Positions 47,557-55,431 of a stretch of 64,000 nucleotides of DNA are shown here, piece after piece. Location of the stretch: contig CAMIHP010000002.1 in the NCBI GenBank assembly GCA_946222005.1, forward strand, positions 25,322 through 89,321. Direction: 5' to 3'. Positions within the stretch are counted from its first letter, which is position 1, and each line of letters begins with the position of its first letter. The position numbers were made by a program, and so were the translations under genes. The notes beneath the pieces were generated by a model. The model made no database searches. It was not told where the DNA came from and was given only the letters and a program-made list of their open reading frames with translations. The DNA is from an uncultured Candidatus Saccharibacteria bacterium (lineage in GTDB: Bacteria > Patescibacteriota > Saccharimonadia > Saccharimonadales > Saccharimonadaceae).

Positions 47557-48318
47557 ATGCACGAGAAAGAACCAGACGAGAATAATAGGCTAAGCTTTCG
47601 CACCATCCTCTTTCGTGGTATCCTCCGCGTTATCATTATTCCGACATGCGTCATACTTCTATTAACTGGTGCATTAATCGGTATATTTCATATTAAGTAT
47701 CTTATAGAGGCTCATCAAGCTCAGGCTGAAATGCGCGCCTACCTAGAGAAAAAATATCACCAGCACTTCATTATCAAGAACTATCGAATTGAAGGAGGAG
47801 GATTCGCAAGAAGAGGCGGCAAAGTTGCAGATGCACATAGAGAGGGTAGTTCTTATACCTTTCGTGTTTTAGAGAAAGATCACCGGCTCTATCGTGATAA
47901 CTACCTCTCAGCACTTTACAATGAGCAGGAAGAAAAAGATCTTACCAAGATGGTTAAAAAATTGTCTATACCTGCAGTAAAATATATGCCAGATATTACA
48001 ATTGCTCCTGATGTAGCTGATGGGATACAGGGTACGCCAGCTTTTGCTGAGATGTTGCAAAAGTATGGAGACCATATTATATATGAAGTATCTATTGTTG
48101 TAGTAGGGGATCAGGTAAAAGAAGAAGATGTCCAAAACGTAAGAAAACTTATGGAGTATGCCCAATCAAAAAACCCGAGAAGTTATGCTGTGAGATATGT
48201 TGTAAATAGCAGAACTGAAGATGCACGATATATTTGTCAGGAGTATGGAGGTATAAGCGAGAAAACGGCGCAAGAAACTTCTAAGGATTGCTTTAAAAAG
48301 AGTAAGGGAAGGATATAG
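47557..48318 (+). CDS. Paralog 4 of the membrane-anchored family. Directly followed by the lipase/RTX gene.
   Basis: 'MHEKEPDENNRLSFRTILFRGILRVIIIPTCVILLLTG'. Stop at 48318 and the lipase ATG at 48321. Confidence 0.6.
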   Translation: MHEKEPDENNRLSFRTILFRGILRVIIIPTCVILLLTGALIGIFHIKYLIEAHQAQAEMRAYLEKKYHQHFIIKNYRIEGGGFARRGGKVADAHREGSSYTFRVLEKDHRLYRDNYLSALYNEQEEKDLTKMVKKLSIPAVKYMPDITIAPDVADGIQGTPAFAEMLQKYGDHIIYEVSIVVVGDQVKEEDVQNVRKLMEYAQSKNPRSYAVRYVVNSRTEDARYICQEYGGISEKTAQETSKDCFKKSKGRI

Positions 48319-48320
48319 TA

Positions 48321-50909
48321 ATGGTAAAAGACGAACAGTTTTTAACTTTGAGCTCATTGGCATATGAGCCGTTTTCTGATAATGATATCAACAAATCTTT
48401 AAAAGAAATTATTAAGAAAGTACCTAGAAACAACCGTCTTGAACTTAAACCTCTCTCCTCCCTCGCATCCTGGCACCTCATTAACGCCACAACCACTTCA
48501 TCTGGTATGTCGGCTATTGCTGTGCAAGATCCAGCCACCAAGGACATTGTCTTTGCCTATCGCGGAACGGATATTGATAAGAATATCTGGGAGGCGATGA
48601 AAGATATTGAGTCGGATATTGCGATTGCATCGAGTGGAAATGTTTTTGTGCAGGATGGGCTGAACCAATTCCACGATGCTTACACCTTCTATACCGAGAC
48701 GATCAAGAAAGTTGGTGGCGGTGCTCATGTAGGCACCAAGAGCTTCACTGGCCATTCACTCGGTGGTGGACTAGCGCAGTATATGGCGTATAAAACTGGT
48801 GGTGCATATAAGACGGTCACCTTCGACGCGGTAGGGATTGGCCAAGTGCTGAAGAATGTCAACCCGCGGGACTATGATACCTCAGTAACGGACTACACCA
48901 ATGAGCACGATATCATTGGTATGTATGGTGTGCAGCTGGGCCGCACAGTGTACATTAAGGATATGAACAGTGATGAGCTGCGTAAGAAGGACCGTGACTA
49001 TGTGACAATACTGCAGTATGCGCAGGGTGCCATTGCTGTGGCGGCACGCAATGGCGAGCATGCCTCAGCAATGGGGTGGATGGCAGCTGCAAGCATAGCA
49101 TCGCTCGGGTATGCAGTGAATCGCACTAGCCAAGAGCTAGCTTTCGATGCACATCGTCCAAGTAGTTTATTAACTGATGATGGTACGCTAGCAGCCACTG
49201 TACCGCAGGGAGACTCCATCACGAATACATTGGCTGGCGCACTTCGTACAACACTGGAAGTATATACCGGTATTGCCAATGGTGTTCATTTCATCGTTGT
49301 TGAGATTCCAAGTGCTACAGCTGAAGAGCTTGTGCGAATAACGCTCTCTGTCGCTGAAAGTGGTAAGAAGATCATAGTCGATGTAGCACAGGTGATTCGC
49401 GATCAGGTGAATATCCTTACCTCTAGTGTATATGAAACAAGCCGGATTATGGGTGAGCAAGCCGATGCCTTTGCTCGTGTGCTGATGACACAACTTGCTG
49501 GGGCTACGCAATGGACAACTTCGCTCCGCCTCGACATTGCCGTGCTGAGTGCACTGAGTGGTGCGGCCAGAATAACGCGCGATACACTTGCTGCTATAGT
49601 AGAGACACCTGATGCGATGACACGTTGGCTGCAGATGGTCTTTGGTGCAAGTGCACATGTCGTTGGTACAGCAGCAGACGATTCTATTGATGGTTATGAT
49701 CATATCCCAGACTATGGCGTGACGAAGCGTGCGGTCTATGTAGAGGGCCGAGAAGGGAATGATTACGTAACAGGAACGAATTCTGATGATACATTGATGG
49801 GTGATGCAGGGAATGACACTATCATGGGCAAAGGTGGTAATGATATGATTTTTGGCGGTGATGGTGACGATTCTCTATATGGTGATGGTGGTAGTGATAC
49901 AATTTTTGGCGGTGCTGGCGATGACAACCTTAATGGTTCAGAAGGTGATTCTAATAAGCTCTATGGTGGCGCAGGTGATGATGGAATAAATGGTTCCGGG
50001 TTGATTGTTGGCGGCGCAGGTGATGACCGGATCGACTCTCAATTTGGGAACGATACATATATCTATAACCGCGGTGATGGTAATGACACGATTAGCGACT
50101 TTGGCGGCATTGACACTGTACGGTTTGGTGCGGGTATCGTGCCAAGCGGTGTAACGGCACGCTATGAGAGCCGCCCGTATGGCGCGCCAGGCAATGATTA
50201 TGATCTTGTCTTAGATATAAAAGGCTCTGGTAGTATTCGCATCAAAGACTATTATGGTTCGAGTGACTGGGCAGGACGGAACCGTCCCGTACCGGGTCAT
50301 CGTGTCGAGCGCTTTGTTTTTGCAGATGGCACCGTGTGGGATGAGCAGGCAATCCGCACCATGACGCATAACTTACAAGGAACAGCTGACGATGATTCTA
50401 TTGACGCCTTTGATGATGATGGTATCACGGTACATAGTGGAGCTGGTAACGACACGGTGCGTGGCGCGAGGCAAGACGCAAATGTGCTCTATGGGGACGA
50501 CGGTGATGACAGCCTCATTGGTGGTGAGAAAAATGATATGCTGACTGGTGGGCAGGGTAATGATGTGTTGTATGGTGCAGGTGGCAACGATATCTATACC
50601 TTCAAGCGAGGGGATGGTGTTGACACGATAAGTGATGATGACGGCGTTGACACACTGCAGTTTGGCGAAGGCATTAATCCGCGTGATGTGACTGTTCGAC
50701 GTATCCATCTTTCATCATATGAAAGTCTCGAGCTTGCTATCACGGGTACAGGTGATAAAATCATTATCCAAGGATATTTTGGCTCGTACTCATACGACGG
50801 GCTGCATGAGAGCACAAGCCAGCAGATCGAAAAAGTGGTTTTTGCTGATGGTACGGTATGGACACCGGAGATAATCGCGCAAATGCTTGTAGAGCACACG
50901 AGTGAATAG
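48321..50909 (+). CDS. Large secreted-effector-like protein. N-terminal lipase class 3 / Mbeg1-like alpha/beta-hydrolase domain, then RTX nonapeptide Ca2+-binding repeats and two haemolysin-type Ca-binding-related (HCBP_related-like) domains.
   Basis: 'VFAYRGTDIDKNIWEAMKDI' and the nucleophile elbow 'FTGHSLGGGLAQYMA'. Repeated 'GNDTIMGKGGNDMIFGGDGDDSLYGDGGSDTIFGGAGDDNLNG' repeats. Two copies of '...RGDG(N/V)DTISD..G(I/V)DT(V/L)(R/Q)FG.GI.P..VT.R.......VFADGTVW'. No N-terminal signal peptide. Confidence 0.8.
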   Translation: MVKDEQFLTLSSLAYEPFSDNDINKSLKEIIKKVPRNNRLELKPLSSLASWHLINATTTSSGMSAIAVQDPATKDIVFAYRGTDIDKNIWEAMKDIESDIAIASSGNVFVQDGLNQFHDAYTFYTETIKKVGGGAHVGTKSFTGHSLGGGLAQYMAYKTGGAYKTVTFDAVGIGQVLKNVNPRDYDTSVTDYTNEHDIIGMYGVQLGRTVYIKDMNSDELRKKDRDYVTILQYAQGAIAVAARNGEHASAMGWMAAASIASLGYAVNRTSQELAFDAHRPSSLLTDDGTLAATVPQGDSITNTLAGALRTTLEVYTGIANGVHFIVVEIPSATAEELVRITLSVAESGKKIIVDVAQVIRDQVNILTSSVYETSRIMGEQADAFARVLMTQLAGATQWTTSLRLDIAVLSALSGAARITRDTLAAIVETPDAMTRWLQMVFGASAHVVGTAADDSIDGYDHIPDYGVTKRAVYVEGREGNDYVTGTNSDDTLMGDAGNDTIMGKGGNDMIFGGDGDDSLYGDGGSDTIFGGAGDDNLNGSEGDSNKLYGGAGDDGINGSGLIVGGAGDDRIDSQFGNDTYIYNRGDGNDTISDFGGIDTVRFGAGIVPSGVTARYESRPYGAPGNDYDLVLDIKGSGSIRIKDYYGSSDWAGRNRPVPGHRVERFVFADGTVWDEQAIRTMTHNLQGTADDDSIDAFDDDGITVHSGAGNDTVRGARQDANVLYGDDGDDSLIGGEKNDMLTGGQGNDVLYGAGGNDIYTFKRGDGVDTISDDDGVDTLQFGEGINPRDVTVRRIHLSSYESLELAITGTGDKIIIQGYFGSYSYDGLHESTSQQIEKVVFADGTVWTPEIIAQMLVEHTSE

Positions 50910-51150
50910 CGTATAACCTCTGTCTTGGCTCCATCTCATCTGTTGTATTAGCTTTATTGTCTTTATATTGGTAGGCTAGATGGTTTGGGCTACTTTCTCA
51001 ATATTGGTGCTTAGGCAGAATACTAGCTTTCATAACTTCCTAGAGGAAGAATAAGACAGCGAGAAATAATAAATGGGCTGATATGAGCACGTCGCCTCTG
51101 CAGGAGTCTCTTTAAGCTAGCTTTCATCTCTCTCCTGCACAATACCACAC

Positions 51151-51879
51151 ATGAAAACAGCAACCATGACCCAATCAGCCGGAGCGGTAGAGGCACCCGC
51201 TGCGCCAGTGCTGCGTGCGCTTAATCCGCGAATGCTCAGCATCGATATTGTGCTGCCAGTGCTTAATGAGGTGCATGTTATTGCGCGCTCGGTGAGCACG
51301 TTGCACGCGTATTTATCACAGCATGTGCCGCATCGCTGGCGCATCATTATTGCCGACAATGGCAGCACGGACGGCACAGCGGAAGCGGCGCACCAATTGG
51401 CGGTACGTTACCCCGAGGTGTGGCTCATCCAGCTTAGCGAGAAAGGCCGCGGCCGGGCTCTCAAGCAAGCGTGGCTACAGAGCTCGGCTGATATTCTGGC
51501 CTACATGGATATCGACCTCTCTACCAATTTAGACAGCTTCGTGTCAATGATCACCCCGCTGATTATGGGTGAGGCAGCTGTGGCGACGGGCTCGCGCCTA
51601 ATGAAGCAGTCGCGCACAAGCCGCGGCTTCAAGCGTGACACTATCTCGCGTTGCTACAACTGGATTATTCGCCGGACGATGAAGACAAAATTTGTCGATG
51701 CCCAGTGCGGTTTCAAGACGATTCGGCGCGATGCGGCACGCAAGATTCTGCCTCGCATCAAGGATACTGGCTGGTTTTTTGATACCGAGCTGCTCGTCAA
51801 GGCAGAGTACGCTGGCTACACCATCCACGAGGAGCCAGTTTTTGGGCTGGCTCTCTATTATTTCTTTTATCTCAACTAA
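51151..51879 (+). CDS. Family 2 glycosyltransferase (dolichyl-/polyprenyl-phosphate sugar transferase-like).
   Basis: 'IDIVLPVLNE', 'IIADNGSTDGT', 'MDIDLS' DxD-type motifs. Confidence 0.8.
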   Translation: MKTATMTQSAGAVEAPAAPVLRALNPRMLSIDIVLPVLNEVHVIARSVSTLHAYLSQHVPHRWRIIIADNGSTDGTAEAAHQLAVRYPEVWLIQLSEKGRGRALKQAWLQSSADILAYMDIDLSTNLDSFVSMITPLIMGEAAVATGSRLMKQSRTSRGFKRDTISRCYNWIIRRTMKTKFVDAQCGFKTIRRDAARKILPRIKDTGWFFDTELLVKAEYAGYTIHEEPVFGLALYYFFYLN

Positions 51880-51887
51880 CGCAAAGC

Positions 51888-52388
51888 CTACTTGTGGCGC
51901 ATTGCCAGGCCAGCGCGGAGCGTCTCATGATAAAACGGTAGCAGCGGCAGAGCATCGATCGCGGTGAGTGGATACCACGCCGCTGCGCTATTTTCGGTAT
52001 TAAGCCGAGGCGTTATGCGCTGCGCACATTCAACGAGCACCGGATACACATACCACTGGCGGCTATGCGCTGCATCGATCTGCATCAGGGGCTGCTGCGC
52101 CACCACGATAGTGGTCCCTCGCGGGTCAATGCCTAGCTCCTCGGCCAGTTCTTGCCCAGCTAGTACCGTAATGCTCGTATCGGTTCGGTCGATGAAGCCA
52201 GAGACGCCATTGAGCATATGCGGCTGCTCCACCTCTTGCTGGCTCCGCCGCACCAGTAAAATCTCATCACCGTAGCATACCACGCAGTTGAAGACAAAGC
52301 AGATGGGCTGGCCAGTGTAGTCGATCCTTCCATCGGGCAGGCGTGGATAGTCTTTGGTTTGGTAGGCAATCATCGCAAGCGGATTCAT
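51888..52388 (-). CDS. NUDIX-family hydrolase (divergent).
   Basis: Nudix-like 'GFIDRTDTSITVLAGQELAEELGI'. Start chosen at 'MNPLAMIAY'. Confidence 0.55.
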   Translation of the reverse strand: MNPLAMIAYQTKDYPRLPDGRIDYTGQPICFVFNCVVCYGDEILLVRRSQQEVEQPHMLNGVSGFIDRTDTSITVLAGQELAEELGIDPRGTTIVVAQQPLMQIDAAHSRQWYVYPVLVECAQRITPRLNTENSAAAWYPLTAIDALPLLPFYHETLRAGLAMRHK

Positions 52389-52472
52389 ATGATTAGTATA
52401 GCATAAGAGGAATGAACAGAGGTAGAAAATACTAATGCGTAAGTCATAATATACCCTGATATATTTGCCTTT

Positions 52473-52856
52473 TTGTCTATACAAACCCTTGAGGAATGGC
52501 GTAATGAAGTAAAAAATCGAATTTTTAAGACTGCCCTAAGCCACGTCGTGCATACCACAGATACAACCATAAACAAGGAGTATACGACAATGGCACAGCA
52601 ACCAACTCTCACCACAGACGAAGCTCTCGTTTTGCAGCAGATCAACGAGCATGGCGAAGATGATGTGATTGGCCTAGAGCAGAGCCTGCGCATGAGCCGC
52701 CCAAAGCTTATGGCGCAACTCACTCACCTCAAGAACAAAGGGCTTATTACGGTCAAGATGACGACTGGTGATTGGCAGTGTGGTGAGCTATCTCCTCGCG
52801 GAGCACACCCTGCGGCCGATCCGCGCCAACATGCACGCTCAGACGCAGTTCGTTAG
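52473..52856 (+). CDS. Small winged-helix-like hypothetical protein. Its 3' end overlaps the 5' end of the truncated histidine kinase in another frame.
   Basis: 'DEALVLQQINEHGEDDVIGLEQSLRMSRPKLMAQLTHLKNKGLITVK' has a wHTH-like pattern. The true start may be the internal Met (MAQQPT). Confidence 0.35.
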   Translation: MSIQTLEEWRNEVKNRIFKTALSHVVHTTDTTINKEYTTMAQQPTLTTDEALVLQQINEHGEDDVIGLEQSLRMSRPKLMAQLTHLKNKGLITVKMTTGDWQCGELSPRGAHPAADPRQHARSDAVR

Positions 52857-53520
52857 TGATGCCAGTCATGAGCTGCGCACGCCGCTGACCGCGCTGCGTA
52901 CTGCGAACGAAGTAGCGCTGCGCAACCCCAAGCTCACCTTGGCCGAGGCCCGCACCGTCATAGAAGCGAATGTGACCGATGCGACGCGGCTGCAAACGCT
53001 AGCCAATACAATGCTTGGCTTGCTTCGGCACGACCGCTCGGTGGTGCAGCTGCAGCCAGTTGCTTTACAAACCGTGGTGAGTGAAGCGATGAACTTGGTG
53101 GTGGCACCTGCCCAAGCGAAGTCGATTGCCATTGATGACACCACGCCACCTTTGATGGTGCGGGCTCATCAGCAGCGTCTTGTTCAGCTCCTTACCATTT
53201 TGCTCGACAATGCCATCAAGTACAGCCCGGAGCATACCACCATCACCATCACCGCTGGGAGTACCAATCGCTGGGCTAGGGTGCAGATCATTGACCGAGG
53301 CATCGGGATGGACGCCGCCACGCAGCGTCAGATATTCCAGCGCTTCTACCGAGCCGACCAAGCTCGCACTGGTGGCCTAGGCCAGGGCTATGGCCTTGGG
53401 CTTGCGATTGCCCAGCAGATCATCACCGAGCATGGCGGCAAAATTACTGTCGACAGTACGCCTGGTAGTGGCACGACCTTTACGGTGAGCTTGCGCCTTG
53501 TGGGCAGGCAGAGTACGTAG
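52768..53520 (+). CDS. Histidine kinase catalytic core (partial TM2/linker + HisKA + HATPase_c) lacking N-terminal sensor/TM domains. Either a 5'-truncated gene or a pseudogene.
   Basis: H-box 'SHELRTPLTAL'. N-box 'LLDNAIKYS'. G-boxes 'DRGIGM' and 'GLGLAIAQ'. The N-terminus 'IGSVVSYLLAEHTLRPIRANMH' is the tail of a TM2/linker. A GTG start sits immediately after an in-frame TGA. No response regulator nearby. Confidence 0.7.
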   Translation: MIGSVVSYLLAEHTLRPIRANMHAQTQFVSDASHELRTPLTALRTANEVALRNPKLTLAEARTVIEANVTDATRLQTLANTMLGLLRHDRSVVQLQPVALQTVVSEAMNLVVAPAQAKSIAIDDTTPPLMVRAHQQRLVQLLTILLDNAIKYSPEHTTITITAGSTNRWARVQIIDRGIGMDAATQRQIFQRFYRADQARTGGLGQGYGLGLAIAQQIITEHGGKITVDSTPGSGTTFTVSLRLVGRQST

Positions 53521-53624
53521 TAGATAACGTTCTGTAGAAATAAAGAGCGGATGCTTGATAAATAAGCAAAGGCGCGTATCAAACGGGGCTTGGATTAGCT
53601 GGTAGTAAGGGTATATGAGTTGTA

Positions 53625-53900
53625 TTACTTTTTGAGATCAGCTAAAAATTCTTCGGCAGAGTTAAACGGCTTACTCAAGTTATTATCAGTTGCTAGCGAT
53701 GGCTCAATTTCAGTAAGCAGTGCTTTGAGTTGCGGCGTCGTTAGCTCAGGGGTATACGGCTCAATATGGCGAGTTGCAACGATTTGCGTGAGGTAGCTGT
53801 TAATTAACGCGCTCAACGTTAGGCCAGCACTTTTTGCAACTTCCTGGGCTTGGCGCTTGATATTTTCATCTAATTTTATACGCGTTGTCACCATACTCAT
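53625..53900 (-). CDS. RelB/DinJ-family (ribbon-helix-helix) type II antitoxin-like protein, with no cognate toxin gene adjacent.
   Basis: 'MVTTRIKLDENIKRQAQEVAKSAGLTLSALINSYLTQIVA' matches the DinJ N-terminal RHH domain. AT-rich locus. Confidence 0.55.
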   Translation of the reverse strand: MSMVTTRIKLDENIKRQAQEVAKSAGLTLSALINSYLTQIVATRHIEPYTPELTTPQLKALLTEIEPSLATDNNLSKPFNSAEEFLADLKK

Positions 53901-54117
53901 ACCACTGATTATGTACGAAGTAATATACTGCGTCAAGAACAGTGTTCTTTTCTTGTATCCTATTAGATAGCACACTCGAACGAAGCTTATGCAAAAAATA
54001 GTGTGAACTGAGCACGAGAAAAGCGCGCGGCAATGCGATGGGTCTGCAAGATTTCACTTTAAGCTTCTTTTAACGCCCATTCCCTATACTCGAACCATAA
54101 TAACGAAAGGAGTATGT

Positions 54118-54501
54118 ATGAAAATAGAAGATGGCTTTGCAACGGAGAAGCGTAGTACGTCGCCAACATCCCCATCGTCCACGCAAGTGCAGGTCAAAGG
54201 TGCGGCTAACCCTGGTTTGATTGCAGCGGTGATCGGCGGTGTGATCGTGGCGGCGGCGCTCGGATTTCTTGGCGGTATGCAGGTCAATAGCCGCAGCACA
54301 TCGAGCCAAAGTGGACCTGGTGGCCATGGTATGATGGGTAGTCAAACCAGCCAGGGGAATATGTCGCCACCAGGCCAAGCAGGGCAGTCGGCGGGCAGCG
54401 GCAACCAGCCAAGCGCACCGTCAAATGGAGCAAATACCACTACGCAAACCCAGCAAGGTACCACCCAACAAACCACGCAAGATACGACCAAGAATACCTA
54501 A
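54118..54501 (+). CDS. Small membrane-anchored low-complexity protein (Gly/Ser/Gln/Thr-rich tail).
   Basis: Good RBS 'AAAGGAG'. One TM 'LIAAVIGGVIVAAALGFLGG', then low-complexity 'SQSGPGGHGMMGSQTSQGNMSPPGQAGQSAGSGNQPSAP...TTQTQQGTTQQTTQDTT'. Confidence 0.45.
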   Translation: MKIEDGFATEKRSTSPTSPSSTQVQVKGAANPGLIAAVIGGVIVAAALGFLGGMQVNSRSTSSQSGPGGHGMMGSQTSQGNMSPPGQAGQSAGSGNQPSAPSNGANTTTQTQQGTTQQTTQDTTKNT

Positions 54502-54511
54502 TACTAATAAT

Positions 54512-54541
54512 AAAACCACCTCTGATATGAGGTGGTTTTTG
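54512..54541. terminator. Bidirectional rho-independent terminator between the convergent genes ending at 54501 (+) and 54559 (-).
   Basis: aaaaccacctc-tgatatg-aggtggttttt. Confidence 0.7.
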
Positions 54542-54558
54542 GCTTACTGGAGCAAGGA

Positions 54559-55326
54559 TTATTGTGGTAAGGAGATGCCCTTTTCTTTGAGGGCTGGCTC
54601 GATGACGAGCTTGCCAAAGGCGTCGGCATCGGCCCACACTTGGCGCGCATCTGAGCTGCCTGAGGTGGTGAGTTTGCCGTCCTTGACGTATTGATTGGTT
54701 ACATTCTTGCCATTGACAAGAATAGCTGGTGTGGCGCTGGCGGCATTTTGAGCGCCAGCCAGCGATTTATCGAAGGCGATCTTTTTCTTGATCCGAGCAC
54801 CTGAGCGGTCGGCCTCGGCGAGGTCGGTCTTGAAGCGGTTGACATCAAGGCCAAGCCCCTGTGCAGTGGTGGCGAAGTAGTTGGTACGTTCTGTGCCATC
54901 GAGTGACTGCCACGAATTTTGTTCGGTGTAGAGCTTATCGTGCATTTCCCAATATTTGCCTTGAAAGCCAGCTGATTCGGCGGCTGCTGCTGCCGCGAGT
55001 GCGTTGGGGTGGATAGACGAGAGAGGGTTGTTGCGGAAGATGAGCTGCACGTGATCCTTGTATTTCTCAGTGACTGCCTTGAGTGCGGGCGAGGCTTGCG
55101 AACAGCCAGGGCACTGGAAGTCTCCATATTCGATGATTGTTACCTTGGGCGTTTTGCTCCCATGGGTATGGTCGGCGATGTCGCCATTTTGGCTACTGGC
55201 GCTTTGTACCTGCAATGGGTCGATGCCCGACAGATTGATAGACTCACCTTGGCGCGACAGCCACACGAGCCCACCTAAGATTGCGAGGCAGAGCACTGCA
55301 AAGATCAGCCATGATTTTTTTGTCAT
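54559..55326 (-). CDS. DsbA-family thiol:disulfide oxidoreductase, membrane-anchored (second copy in the window).
   Basis: N-terminal TM. 'DFQCPGCSQ' CxxC site within a DsbA-like fold. Confidence 0.75.
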   Translation of the reverse strand: MTKKSWLIFAVLCLAILGGLVWLSRQGESINLSGIDPLQVQSASSQNGDIADHTHGSKTPKVTIIEYGDFQCPGCSQASPALKAVTEKYKDHVQLIFRNNPLSSIHPNALAAAAAAESAGFQGKYWEMHDKLYTEQNSWQSLDGTERTNYFATTAQGLGLDVNRFKTDLAEADRSGARIKKKIAFDKSLAGAQNAASATPAILVNGKNVTNQYVKDGKLTTSGSSDARQVWADADAFGKLVIEPALKEKGISLPQ

Positions 55327-55431
55327 AAACGAAACATTCCTCCTTATTCTTGCATATTATATCGTGCCCGAGAAGCCGAATCAAGCTGACAGAGGTGCTG
55401 CGCGGGCTAAAGCATTGAGCCGATCAGGTGA

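Noticed and set aside
49780-50640. Apparent tandem DNA repeats (ggtgatg...gatgac periodicity)
   Set aside because: They are the nucleotide image of the protein-level RTX GGxGxD nonapeptide repeats inside the lipase/RTX CDS, not a non-coding repeat or CRISPR-like array.
54084-54100. 'tcgaacc' T-loop-like motif that could hint at a tRNA
   Set aside because: The flanking sequence cannot form a 5-bp T-stem or the rest of a cloverleaf. No tRNA is supported.
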